From a virus (taxonomy: Duplodnaviria; Caudoviricetes): a stretch of DNA of 35,655 nucleotides. Shown piece by piece: positions 6,885 through 16,028 of the stretch. Positions within the stretch are counted from its first letter, which is position 1. Every line of letters begins with the position of its first letter. Location of the stretch: positions 1-35,655 of IMG/VR virus record IMGVR_UViG_3300030620_000017; one strand, written 5' to 3'. The translations under genes and the position numbers were made by a program. The notes beneath the pieces were generated by a model, which saw only the letters and a list, made by a program, of their open reading frames with translations, was not told the origin of the DNA and searched no databases.

Positions 6885-7040
6885 TCAAGGTCGCGCTGTT
6901 CGGGGGGGTCTGGCGTCACAGTCCCGGCACCAGTAGGCGAGCCGCCGCCCGGAGGGGGTGACGGTGACCGCGTCAAGCGGCTTATCGCAGAGCGTGCAGT
7001 TCGGATCAGCTGCCCGGCGGGATTCAACGGCGACACTCAT
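6885..7040 (-). CDS. Zinc-ribbon microprotein, 51 aa
   Basis: CTLC...YWCRDC; ATG 7040 in ATGA overlap. Confidence 0.65.
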   Translation of the reverse strand: MSVAVESRRAADPNCTLCDKPLDAVTVTPSGRRLAYWCRDCDARPPRTARP

Positions 7041-7096
7041 CGGCCGACGAGGCGCAGGATCACCCCGATGACGATCAGGATCGGTCCGAGACTCAT
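7037..7096 (-). CDS. 19-aa hydrophobic peptide MSLGPILIVIGVILRLVGR
   Basis: AAGGA SD; ATGA overlap with holin stop and with the next start. Confidence 0.55.
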   Translation of the reverse strand: MSLGPILIVIGVILRLVGR

Positions 7097-7395
7097 GCCG
7101 GTTCCTTGGCGGCGATCGAATCGGATACCACGTCGTATCCGGCTCCTGCGGCCACTCCCGCCTCTGCGCCGACGATGATCGCCAGCACCAAGGCCACCGG
7201 GTCATACCCGTGGATCAGGGTCGTGTAGGCGGGGACCCCGACCGCTCCGTAGGCGGCGGCGAGAGCCTGCCCGTACTTGCCCCTCCAACGCCCGAAGGCG
7301 TCGAGGATCCTCTTCGTTACCTCCACCAACGCCGCAACAGCGATGGAAGCACCGGCGACCGTGGCGAGGCCTTCAACGAGACCGACGTCGTTCAT
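7093..7395 (-). CDS. Holin
   Basis: About 3 hydrophobic segments, LVEVTKR and GAGYD motifs; follows endolysin; GAGGTG SD. Confidence 0.75.
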   Translation of the reverse strand: MNDVGLVEGLATVAGASIAVAALVEVTKRILDAFGRWRGKYGQALAAAYGAVGVPAYTTLIHGYDPVALVLAIIVGAEAGVAAGAGYDVVSDSIAAKEPA

Positions 7396-7457
7396 TGTGT
7401 TCACCTCTCGATAGGGTCAGCTGGGCCAAAGGGCGGGGTGGTAGGCGAGATACGGTT

Positions 7458-8384
7458 TCAGTTGACACCGCGGAGCTGCTCACGGACATGCCCGTCGACC
7501 GCGGTGGGACCGCCGAAGAGTTCGATGGTTTCTGTTCCGAGGGTGAGGAGAGCGGCGACGGTTTCGGTGGGGAGTGGGCCGCTGCGGTTGACGGAGAGTA
7601 CGGGTACGCCTTCTCGGGCTGCGACGACGGTGGCGGCAGCGAGATCGGCGTAGGCGTCGCCGGCGGCGACATTGACTTTCGATGCGGTGGGGAAGTGTTT
7701 GAGGGCGGCTTCGGCCAGGGTGGCATGCCGGTTGTCTCCGTAGGTTTCGATCAAGTCCATCAGATAGATCCTCTCTCGATAGGCTTCGATGAAGTCGCCG
7801 AAGACCGGGTCGCAGCATTGCGTGGTGGTGATGCCCTGGACCTCACGGTGCTTCTTCTGGTTGTCGCGGGTTGGGGTCCAGCCGAACACTCGGCTGAGGA
7901 CCTCGTTCTCGACGGCCCAGAACTCCTCCTGCGCCGCCGTCAAAGCGGTGTCGGCAGCGCCGACCATGTAGTAGGTCGGCCAGTCCCGTTTCTCCGGGTC
8001 GTTGAGATGCGCCCCATGTGAGATCCACGCGGAGCGTCCCTCAAGCCAGACGAGCCGGCCGTCGACCTTCCAGGGGAGACAGGACCCGCGGTACGCGAAG
8101 CCACGCCAGCCCCGCACCCAGTAGTGGTAATGGTCGACGTTGGCCATCTGGTCTTTGCCGACTGTCAACGGGTCGTAACCCTGGTCGACGAGCCCTTGGA
8201 GCTCCCGGAGGAGGGCGGAGCCGCCGGTGTGATGACCGACGTGGAATCGGTCGAATCGTTCCCGGGTACTGTCAGGGTTCGAGGACCAGTCGACAATCGA
8301 ACCCCACTCCTCGTGGGTGACGACGACAACCCCGGCGGCGGTGAAGGCGTCACGGATGGCGAGCGCAGCTGTGCGGCGATCCAA
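7458..8384 (-). CDS. Endolysin: N-acetylmuramoyl-L-alanine amidase plus one cell-wall-binding-2 (CWB2) repeat
   Basis: HEEWG..GHHTGG..HYWVRGW..AY..EGR..GAH..HRE..C amidase_2 pattern; C-terminal GDNRHAT..GDAYAD..PVLSV..FGGPTAV. Confidence 0.85.
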   Translation of the reverse strand: MDRRTAALAIRDAFTAAGVVVVTHEEWGSIVDWSSNPDSTRERFDRFHVGHHTGGSALLRELQGLVDQGYDPLTVGKDQMANVDHYHYWVRGWRGFAYRGSCLPWKVDGRLVWLEGRSAWISHGAHLNDPEKRDWPTYYMVGAADTALTAAQEEFWAVENEVLSRVFGWTPTRDNQKKHREVQGITTTQCCDPVFGDFIEAYRERIYLMDLIETYGDNRHATLAEAALKHFPTASKVNVAAGDAYADLAAATVVAAREGVPVLSVNRSGPLPTETVAALLTLGTETIELFGGPTAVDGHVREQLRGVN

Positions 8385-8402
8385 GGTGCAGTCCTCTCCT
8401 GG

Positions 8403-9422
8403 TCAGTTGAGGCCGACGAGGTATTCGGCGGTGACACCCTGACCGGGCTTGACGAACAGGAGCCATTGGGCGGGTTCACCGGCAGCGGCGAGCTGCTCGA
8501 GGGCATACGGGTTGTGTGACTCGGTGGAAGCGTTGATCCACACCCGTCGGCCGTTCAAGTAGATCGACACCGGGGTGTGGAAATGGCCGGCGGCGACGTG
8601 ATCGAACTCCATCTCCGGCCACAGCCGGGACAAGGAACCCCATGCGAGGACTTTGCGGGCCCATCCGTACCAGGGGATGCCGTTGTATCCACGGACCTGG
8701 TTGCCGTGGAGGAGCAGGAACCGGCAACGTTCCCCGAGATCGGCGGCGGCCCACCAGTCTTCGGCGACATGCCAGGTGAGGCGTTCCTGGTCGGTGAGCT
8801 GCCGGGTCACCTCATACAGCATCCGGTCGGCGTTCGATTCGGGATGCATGTCACGGCGGGACCGGCCACCAATGGCGCCATGGTTGCCGGGCACCGCGTA
8901 CACGTCGACCGTCTGGAACCGGGAGAGAGCCCATCGGACCGTGTCGCCGAGGATCCGGGGCCCGTCGACGGTGACCTGCCGGAACAGCGACGAGTCGATC
9001 TGATGGGCTTGCCCGGGGAAGATCAGTTCCCCTTCGATCATGTCGCCGAGCACGAAGAGGGCGACCCGTTTGACGGGATGGTCGGCGCGTTGGATCTCGA
9101 CGAGCCGGTCGACTTTCTCCCGGAGGACCGTGATGCGGTTTTCGCATATCTCCGACGAGTAGGAGGGAGTGACTTTGCCGAGCTGCCAGTCGCCGAGCAT
9201 CAACACCGCGGTCTCTTCACCGCGGGTCCGACGGTCGGTCGCCGGTTTGGCGACCGGACTGATGTTGAGAGCAGCGATCGAGTCGGTCACCGCCTGGTAA
9301 GCGGCCGCAAGGATACGATCTGAGCGTTGTTTCTCACGGGCGAGTTGCCGTTGAAGCCGGTCGACGATCTGATGTGCTTCGGCTACCTGTTCGGCGGCCT
9401 CGGCGTCTTCGATGAGACTCAC
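8403..9422 (-). CDS. Calcineurin-like metallophosphoesterase with N-terminal coiled coil
   Basis: GDWQLG, LGDMIEG, PGNHG, LHG, GHFH motifs. Confidence 0.85.
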   Translation of the reverse strand: MSLIEDAEAAEQVAEAHQIVDRLQRQLAREKQRSDRILAAAYQAVTDSIAALNISPVAKPATDRRTRGEETAVLMLGDWQLGKVTPSYSSEICENRITVLREKVDRLVEIQRADHPVKRVALFVLGDMIEGELIFPGQAHQIDSSLFRQVTVDGPRILGDTVRWALSRFQTVDVYAVPGNHGAIGGRSRRDMHPESNADRMLYEVTRQLTDQERLTWHVAEDWWAAADLGERCRFLLLHGNQVRGYNGIPWYGWARKVLAWGSLSRLWPEMEFDHVAAGHFHTPVSIYLNGRRVWINASTESHNPYALEQLAAAGEPAQWLLFVKPGQGVTAEYLVGLN

Positions 9423-9694
9423 GACCCGTCCCGGTAGGGGGCGAGGGCGGGGTCACAGGTGGCGCATAGTCCACGACGGGTCCGGGCGATCATCTCGTCG
9501 GTGATGTCGCCGCCGCGTTCGCGGAGCAGCTGGCCGATCGTCGAGCTGTAGATGTGCTGATAGGCGGGGGAGGCGAGGAGCTGCCGGATCTCATCCGCCT
9601 CGTCGGGATGTCTCTCCAAGAATCGATGCAGGCGGCATATGGGCCCAGGTTTGCGTTGGCGCGCGACGGCTGCCGCGTCGTCGATGATGCTCAT
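9419..9694 (-). CDS. Small Cys-containing HTH-like protein coupled to the phosphoesterase
   Basis: GPIC...RRGLCATC; GTGA overlap. Confidence 0.65.
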   Translation of the reverse strand: MSIIDDAAAVARQRKPGPICRLHRFLERHPDEADEIRQLLASPAYQHIYSSTIGQLLRERGGDITDEMIARTRRGLCATCDPALAPYRDGS

Positions 9695-9726
9695 TAGGGC
9701 TCCTTCCGTCTTCGGCCGGGCGGAGA

Positions 9727-10062
9727 TCAGTTGTCGGGTGGATGCCACGCCGCGGACATACCGGCGTTCTCGACCTGGGTGATGAGGAGATTGACTCCGG
9801 CTTCGTAGACGGCGAGTTTGGCCCGGACGGTGGCGAGCTGCTGTTTGACTACCGAGAGTTCGGCTTCGAGTTGCCGCCGGGCGTCCCGTTCGAGGTCGAT
9901 CGCCTGTTCGAGTTCCTGTAGCCGGCGAGACAGCCGGTCGGCGGTCTCGGTGGCGATGCTGGCGACTTCAGGGCCGGTCTTACGGGCCGCGACCCAGAGG
10001 GCAGTGATCGCGAGGAGCCCCGAGCCGAGGAGCGAGATGATCGTGATCGTGTTCTCGGTCAC
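9727..10062 (-). CDS. Single-TM plus coiled-coil protein (lysis-associated)
   Basis: TITIISLLGSGLLAITALW then heptad-rich region; GTGA overlap. Confidence 0.7.
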   Translation of the reverse strand: MTENTITIISLLGSGLLAITALWVAARKTGPEVASIATETADRLSRRLQELEQAIDLERDARRQLEAELSVVKQQLATVRAKLAVYEAGVNLLITQVENAGMSAAWHPPDN

Positions 10063-10565
10063 GACGCCGACTCGTAGACGCCCCACCACTTGTACACATC
10101 GGAGGCGGCCGGGGTGAACGGGGTGGACGACGACACCGTCGTCTTCGACACTGCTTCGATCATCCGCATCTCAGCCGCGTTGATCCGTTCCAACGCGCAG
10201 ACATATCGGGTGTTTGGGCCGCTGTCGAACATGGTTCCACCGCCGATGACGTTGTCGGTGGTGTTGTTGTTGTTGACCGGAAGCGAGAACTCGTATGTGC
10301 CTGATCCCGCGTTGGTGCCGGAAGTCCCGAACTGGACATGTGCCCAGTAGGCGACGAGACGGCCGACCTGGGCGTACTTCCCGGACACGGAAGACCCCGA
10401 CCCCAGGGTCGGGTCGGTCGAAGCGGTAATCGCGGGGGTCCACGACGACCATCCGTCGACCCCTACACGGCCCAGCCACAGCAGGTTGTCCCGCATATGG
10501 GTGTTCATCAACGCTGCTGTGACAACCTCCGAGGAGACCCAGGTGCGGGGCGCTGTCCAAGCCAT
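10059..10565 (-). CDS. Minor tail/fibre protein
   Basis: MAWTAPRTW..EVVTAA.MN..RDNL fibre N-terminus; WTP..GKY..VGR..FSLPV C-terminal domain. Confidence 0.78.
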   Translation of the reverse strand: MAWTAPRTWVSSEVVTAALMNTHMRDNLLWLGRVGVDGWSSWTPAITASTDPTLGSGSSVSGKYAQVGRLVAYWAHVQFGTSGTNAGSGTYEFSLPVNNNNTTDNVIGGGTMFDSGPNTRYVCALERINAAEMRMIEAVSKTTVSSSTPFTPAASDVYKWWGVYESAS

Positions 10566-11023
10566 CAGCTACCACGCTCCACAGCACCCGACCTGGGACC
10601 TGATTGAGGGTCGACGGTGACGGGAAGACCGTGTTCGATGTTCTCGGCTTTGAGCATGTCCACCGTTTCTCCCAACAGCCAGTGACGTCTCTGAACAGGC
10701 CTGGCAGCAAGGACCGCTTCGATGGCTTCACGGTTGTCGGGGAAGCGGATGCGGTAGATGCGGCCGCAGTCGTAGCAGGCTCCCCGGGGGTTCTCTGACC
10801 AGCAGGCGATACCGCCGTTGCATGCGGGACAGTCGGCGACCCAACGGTTGTCCGACACGTATGCGGGGAGAGTCTCATCGACTGGGAGGAACCGGGTGCG
10901 GCCTTCCCAGCCGAACAGCCGGTCACGTGCAGCCGCCTGTTCCTGGGCGGCCCAGGCGGCTTCGACGTCGCCGACGGTGCGGTGGAAGACGCGTCCGGTT
11001 AAGGACCTTTGGTCGCGTATCAC
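10565..11023 (-). CDS. Zinc-finger (CPAC..CYDC) protein in tail module
   Basis: GGAGG SD; two CxxC pairs. Confidence 0.7.
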   Translation of the reverse strand: MIRDQRSLTGRVFHRTVGDVEAAWAAQEQAAARDRLFGWEGRTRFLPVDETLPAYVSDNRWVADCPACNGGIACWSENPRGACYDCGRIYRIRFPDNREAIEAVLAARPVQRRHWLLGETVDMLKAENIEHGLPVTVDPQSGPRSGAVERGS

Positions 11024-11068
11024 GAGAGGTACGCCTCCAGGAGCGAAAAGGGGATTTTGGGGGGGCCG

Positions 11069-12916
11069 TTACCAGCCGAGAACGGTCGTCGAACCGAGCA
11101 CAGAAAGGGTGGAGTCGCCGAGCACCCACATGCGTTGCCCGGCGGCGGGAGAGAGCTGCATCGTCATCTCATACATCCCGGCGTGGGCAGTGAGTCTGAT
11201 CTGTTCGACGAACCAGTCGTCGTCGATCGTTGCGCCGCCGCCTTTCGGGTTCACTTCGACGTTGAGGAGATCACCGAGGTCGCGGGAGAGCATCGCCGCC
11301 CACCGGTCGTTCGCCGAGTCGGGGAACGCTCGGGCGTCGAGACGTTCAAACCGGGTGCGGGATACCCCGAAACGGCCAGCAAGCCAATCCGCGTAGTCGG
11401 AAGGTTCGGTCTCCGACTCGGTGTACGTCGACCGGGAGATCACCCGCGGCCCATACGTCGGTTCCGACGCCGCGGTGACTTCAGTGACGTTTCCGTCGAC
11501 GTCGACGACCTGAGCCACGGTGAACAGCTCCAAATCGTCACGGGTCCACTCATGGTCGAAGATCTTCACATCGGCGCCGTCATCCGAATAGGTGTCATCG
11601 ATCGTCGACGTCGACCGGGCATGCCGGTTCCGGAACACCAGATTCCCCGCCCCGTCGACCCACAGCTGTCCGTCCTCCGTCTCAACCGCCTGGAGGATCG
11701 CATCAAGCGCCGACACACCGGCGTCGAGGAAAGGCCCCATCGTCGACAGCCCGGTATCGATATCACGGAGACCAGACGGCCAATCAACCTCATCCAACAC
11801 AGCGTTGATCCGTTCCGAGGTCAGCTGCGACGCCCACGGCGCGGTCCCGGCGTCGTAATGGTCGGTGACCCTGGTCGCCCCAAGATCCGTGTCATACCAG
11901 ATGACTTCGGAGAGGTCGCCTTCATCCCATCGGCTGAGCCGCGGGTTATAACCCACATACAGATCGTATGCATGGTCGGGGAGGGTCATCGCCGTGCCGG
12001 AATCCTCAAGGACCCCGTCGAGGTAGAGCCGGATCGTGGACCCGTCGCTGCGGGCCATCGCGTGATGCCATTCTCCGTCGTTGACCGCTGCTGCGGAAAG
12101 GAGGAGGTCGGCGACAGAACCGTCGGCGTATTGGCATCCGAGCTTGAAGGACAAGGCGGCGACCACAAGCGTGAGGTAGGGGGCTTCGATCACCCCCGCC
12201 GTCGACGGGGCCATTTGGACGAAGAAGTCCAATCCGTCATCAGTCGTCGACGTCGTCCGGAAGACCGCCTCCACCGTCCATGACGATCCGGTGAGCCGCG
12301 CCGTCTGTGGAGGGTCGACCTGCGAGTCGGTGCCACCGAAATTGACAGCACGGTCGTCGGCGCCGACAACCGTGCCGGACACACCGAAAGTCAAATCACC
12401 GGAAGCCGCGGCGTGATACCCGTTCCCTGACGAGTCGGCCACCGTCGTTGCTCCGGCACGTTCGGAGAACCGGTACCAGGCCCGCGGTGAATCGGCCCGG
12501 ACCTCCTGCTCCCACACGGACCGCAGTTTGAGTCGTTGGAGTTGGGTGAGGCCGTCGTAGGCGATGAGGTTGACGACGGCTTTGCCATGGTCGAGGACCG
12601 TGTTCGGCCAGGCGAGCACATGACCGTAGAACCTGTCATAAGTGACCGAGTTGTGTTCCGCACGGAGCCGGATCAGCATCAACGGCACCAGATCCCCGAA
12701 GTAGGGGCCGGCGGCGTTCTCCGGGTCGTAATCCCGCGACGAGTTATCCAGAGTGAGAGTCAACGTGGACGGCCGGGCCCGGGGATCAGCAATATCCCGA
12801 CCGATACTGAGAGTCCAACCCTCACGAAGATCGGCGGTGATGTCCACCCATGTCGGCGACGCCTCGTTCCAGGTGTCCCCCGGTGCGATCTCAAGAGTGA
12901 CGGTCGGCATGGCCAT
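11069..12916 (-). CDS. Tail tip/hub protein with inserted LamG (concanavalin A-like) domain; alternative upstream start at 12985
   Basis: Follows tape measure; WVDIT..TLTLDN; LamG motifs WYRFSE..DSSGNG..WTVEA..NDGEWHH..LYLDG. Confidence 0.85.
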   Translation of the reverse strand: MAMPTVTLEIAPGDTWNEASPTWVDITADLREGWTLSIGRDIADPRARPSTLTLTLDNSSRDYDPENAAGPYFGDLVPLMLIRLRAEHNSVTYDRFYGHVLAWPNTVLDHGKAVVNLIAYDGLTQLQRLKLRSVWEQEVRADSPRAWYRFSERAGATTVADSSGNGYHAAASGDLTFGVSGTVVGADDRAVNFGGTDSQVDPPQTARLTGSSWTVEAVFRTTSTTDDGLDFFVQMAPSTAGVIEAPYLTLVVAALSFKLGCQYADGSVADLLLSAAAVNDGEWHHAMARSDGSTIRLYLDGVLEDSGTAMTLPDHAYDLYVGYNPRLSRWDEGDLSEVIWYDTDLGATRVTDHYDAGTAPWASQLTSERINAVLDEVDWPSGLRDIDTGLSTMGPFLDAGVSALDAILQAVETEDGQLWVDGAGNLVFRNRHARSTSTIDDTYSDDGADVKIFDHEWTRDDLELFTVAQVVDVDGNVTEVTAASEPTYGPRVISRSTYTESETEPSDYADWLAGRFGVSRTRFERLDARAFPDSANDRWAAMLSRDLGDLLNVEVNPKGGGATIDDDWFVEQIRLTAHAGMYEMTMQLSPAAGQRMWVLGDSTLSVLGSTTVLGW

Positions 12917-13027
12917 GTCAATGAGCCTCACACAACCGGCGGAAAGCAGAGCCACGAACAGAACCGGCCAGGCCCATCGCGTCATACCAACCACCGTACA
13001 CCATGGATTCCCAGGCTTCTAGGCTCA

Positions 13028-14836
13028 TCATTCGAGGAGGGCGCTCCCGGACCGCTGAGTCCGTCGACGCTGCCCGTCGGTGGGATCACCGGTAGGGAAC
13101 CCGAGGGGCCCGGATGCGCCTTGACGGGCCCCGGCAAGCCATGACTCCCCGGCAGTCACACCCTGCTGGTACATGGTGTCGTTGATGCCCCGGAACTTGT
13201 CCCGCTGCGCCAGCGACCGTTCCATTGCGGTGACCCATTCGTCGAGACTGATCCCAGCCTGCTCAGAGAAAGTGAGCGCCGCGCCGAGGTCGTTGGCGAA
13301 ATGGTCCATGAGCCGGACCGCTTGAGCCTTGTTCGGGTTGCGGTTGATTTCGTCGACGAGGGCACCGAACCCGGCGACGGTGAGGGTCTGCATGTCCGCC
13401 GCGAAGGTCTGTTGGAGTTGAGCGACTTCGAGCGCGGAGGCGAGGGCGCCTTCGATGTCGACGTCGTCGATCCCTTCGGGGACACCGGCCCAGATGCTGA
13501 GAATGTCCGCGGCGGCTGCAGCGTGGCTGCTGATGGCGCCTTCGATGTCACCGGAGATCCGAAGGTAGGTTTCGCGGAGACCTTCCTGGGTGATCCCCGC
13601 CGCGGTGAGAATCCGGGACGATGAGTCCTCATGTGCCTGCGACATCCGTGCGAGACGGACGTTGACGTCCTCTTCCGCGGCCGCGACAGCACGGAGCGGA
13701 TTCAGGAACCGGTCCCAGGCCCGGCGGGCCCGTTCGACACCTTCACCGGAGTCGATAAGCTCCTGGTGTGTGGCGGCGAGCTGCCGTTCGAGACGCTCAA
13801 AACCTTCGGCCGCCTCGGATAGGCTGCCGACAGTGAGATTCTCCAGGTCGATACCGTAATCGTTGGCGTCGATCCGGGCGGCGGCGAAACCGACTTCTAT
13901 CTCTTTGAGCTGATCGGCGACGGTTTTCATGCTGGAGACGAACGCCAGAGCACCGCCGACGGCGGCTCCGAGGGGACCGGCGACGGCGAATCCGAGGAGG
14001 CCTCCGAGGGCGGCGGCGGATCCGCCGGGGATGCTGTCCAACGCGCCGAGGAGATCGGCGAGGACCTGGACGAGGGGGGCGGCCTGGACCACGAGTTCCC
14101 CTGCGGTGACTTTGAGTTCATCGATGGCGGCTGCAGCGGCTTTGGAGGCCCGTTCGGCGTCGGTGCCGCCCTCCGCGTAGGCGATAAGCGCGTCCGCCGA
14201 TTTGGCGGTGATGATTTCGAGGGTGGCCTGCGCACGGGCCTGTTCCCGCGCCTGGCCGGTGAGCCCGACCATCCCGTTGGCGGCGACCCGGGCGTTGACG
14301 TCGGCTTCGAGGATCGACACGCCGAGCCCTTTGAGGGCTTCACGTTCCCCAAGGATCGCCTTGGAGATGATGTCGGCGACCTCAGCGGCGGACCGTTGAC
14401 CGCCGGTCCATTCGGAGAGGGCGTTGGCGGTGTTGAGGATCTCGATGGACATGTCGCCGGCGGCGGCACGGGTGAATCCCATGGGGACGAGCAGGTCACC
14501 GGCTGCGGCGGCGAGGCCTTTCATCCGGGTCTCGGAGACCCCGAACCGTTCGTTCATGCCGTCGAGCTTTGAGGCGAGCCCGGAACCAGCTGACCCGAAG
14601 ACGGTGTCGAAGCGGCGTTCGAAGGCGGCGGCTTCGACACCGACGTTGAAGAGCTGCCGCCCGAAATGCGCGGCGGCAGCGACACCGACGATCCCGAACG
14701 CCTTCCGGGCCGCGGAGCCGAAGTTGCCTACCCGCTTGTCGAGCGACTGGGTGTCCTGGGCGACCTGACCCATCTTCTGACGGAGATCCTTGTTGTCGCC
14801 GAGGAACCGGGCGAGGAGGTCTCTACGGAGCGGCAT
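13028..14836 (-). CDS. Tape measure protein, 602 aa
   Basis: Ala/Gly-rich helical; GEREALKGLGV motif; hydrophobic central segment; synteny. Confidence 0.88.
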   Translation of the reverse strand: MPLRRDLLARFLGDNKDLRQKMGQVAQDTQSLDKRVGNFGSAARKAFGIVGVAAAAHFGRQLFNVGVEAAAFERRFDTVFGSAGSGLASKLDGMNERFGVSETRMKGLAAAAGDLLVPMGFTRAAAGDMSIEILNTANALSEWTGGQRSAAEVADIISKAILGEREALKGLGVSILEADVNARVAANGMVGLTGQAREQARAQATLEIITAKSADALIAYAEGGTDAERASKAAAAAIDELKVTAGELVVQAAPLVQVLADLLGALDSIPGGSAAALGGLLGFAVAGPLGAAVGGALAFVSSMKTVADQLKEIEVGFAAARIDANDYGIDLENLTVGSLSEAAEGFERLERQLAATHQELIDSGEGVERARRAWDRFLNPLRAVAAAEEDVNVRLARMSQAHEDSSSRILTAAGITQEGLRETYLRISGDIEGAISSHAAAAADILSIWAGVPEGIDDVDIEGALASALEVAQLQQTFAADMQTLTVAGFGALVDEINRNPNKAQAVRLMDHFANDLGAALTFSEQAGISLDEWVTAMERSLAQRDKFRGINDTMYQQGVTAGESWLAGARQGASGPLGFPTGDPTDGQRRRTQRSGSALLE

Positions 14837-15077
14837 CGGCCTGCTCCCTCAACCCCTTCAACGCTGCGAGCAGTTCCGGTGAGCCGTCGACATGGATCTT
14901 GAGTGCCAACGCTTCGGCGACAGTCAGGTTCCAGTACGCATCCGGAGTGACCTGCGGAAACGCGGCCAGGACGACAGGGAGCAGTTCGATCCAGTCGACA
15001 CCGCCGTCGTCGGTCCACAGCGCGGCCCGACGCAACGGCAGGTCGTAGTAGAGGGGATGCTCCTGCGGTGTGGTCAT
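14823..15077 (-). CDS. Pre-tape-measure protein (tail assembly chaperone-like)
   Basis: Position; TPDAYWNLTVAE motif. Confidence 0.6.
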   Translation of the reverse strand: MTTPQEHPLYYDLPLRRAALWTDDGGVDWIELLPVVLAAFPQVTPDAYWNLTVAEALALKIHVDGSPELLAALKGLREQADAAP

Positions 15078-15511
15078 GATCCCCCCGGGAACGCCTGCCG
15101 GAACGCCTGCTGGACCCGCCGGTGGTACTGGTCGAGGACCCTCGGGGCTTCCCGGGTGATCGCCGGACCCACCGCGTAGGCGGCAGGCCCAAAGTCGCCG
15201 TACCCGTCCACCGCGGACTGCAGGCCGACCCAGCGACGGAACCGGCGGAACCGCAGCGACCCGAACACCCAGCCGGCGGCGGCGGGATGCGACGCCTTGA
15301 GTTTGACGGCACCGAAGTTCTGGCCGGCCGAATGCCGGATCAGACCAGCGAACTTCGTTTTGCCGGGGAGGGCACGGGCGTTGGACCGGGCAGCGTCACG
15401 GACCTCCGTAGCGAACTCGCGGTGCGCCCGGGTGGTGATCTTCGGGAGATCCGAGTTCACCTTCCGCAGCGTTCGGTTGAACTCCTTGAGACCCTCGATC
15501 TTGACTTTCAC
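15074..15511 (-). CDS. HK97 gp10-like neck/tail completion protein
   Basis: VKIEGLKEFNRTLRK N-terminus; basic protein. Confidence 0.72.
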   Translation of the reverse strand: MKVKIEGLKEFNRTLRKVNSDLPKITTRAHREFATEVRDAARSNARALPGKTKFAGLIRHSAGQNFGAVKLKASHPAAAGWVFGSLRFRRFRRWVGLQSAVDGYGDFGPAAYAVGPAITREAPRVLDQYHRRVQQAFRQAFPGGS

Positions 15512-15512
15512 C

Positions 15513-15932
15513 TTATGGGGTGATGTCGCGGGTGATCGCGCCGGTGATCTGGAACTGGGCAGTGACTTCACCCTTGGTGCCGACGTCGCCTTCGAACGGT
15601 GGGAACGACGTGAGGATCACGTTCTGCTGGTACACCGGGTTCGCCGCACCGGGAGTGGACCCGACGGCGGCGTAATGCAGCGGCACCGCCGCGGCACCGT
15701 TGTAGATCGCCCACAGGGTCGCTTCGACTGCGCCGGCGCCGAGCTCGAGGTTGAAGGTGATCGAGATCGTGCCGTTCTTGATCGTCGGGACGAACTCACG
15801 GGCGGTGACCGCCGAACCGGCAGTGTCGTCGCCTTGTTCCTGCTGCAGGCTCGGGGACACGTTCCGCACAAAGGCGGAGAGGTCCACCGAGTTCAGCAGC
15901 ACATACCAGTCGTTGAGGACGGTGGTGGCCAT
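15513..15932 (-). CDS. Major tail (tube) protein
   Basis: GGAGG SD; LNSVDLS..V..DDTAG..NPVY tube-like pattern. Confidence 0.75.
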   Translation of the reverse strand: MATTVLNDWYVLLNSVDLSAFVRNVSPSLQQEQGDDTAGSAVTAREFVPTIKNGTISITFNLELGAGAVEATLWAIYNGAAAVPLHYAAVGSTPGAANPVYQQNVILTSFPPFEGDVGTKGEVTAQFQITGAITRDITP

Positions 15933-16028
15933 GGGTCAGATTCCTCCGATGGGGGGGTTGGGCAGCGCCGACCCCGGCAGGGACGGCACAACTAGACGGC
16001 GGTGAGAGCCGCCAGAACGCTTCCTACG

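Noticed and set aside
7393-7404. Lambda S-type dual-start holin/antiholin
   Set aside because: The upstream GTG is part of the SD for ATG 7395 and the extension (MNT) has no positive charge
11009-12283. 424-aa plus-strand ORF
   Set aside because: Shadow of the LamG tail gene
14823-15513. Programmed -1 frameshift tail chaperone pair
   Set aside because: No slippery heptamer or G/GT arrangement found; only one short ORF precedes the tape measure gene
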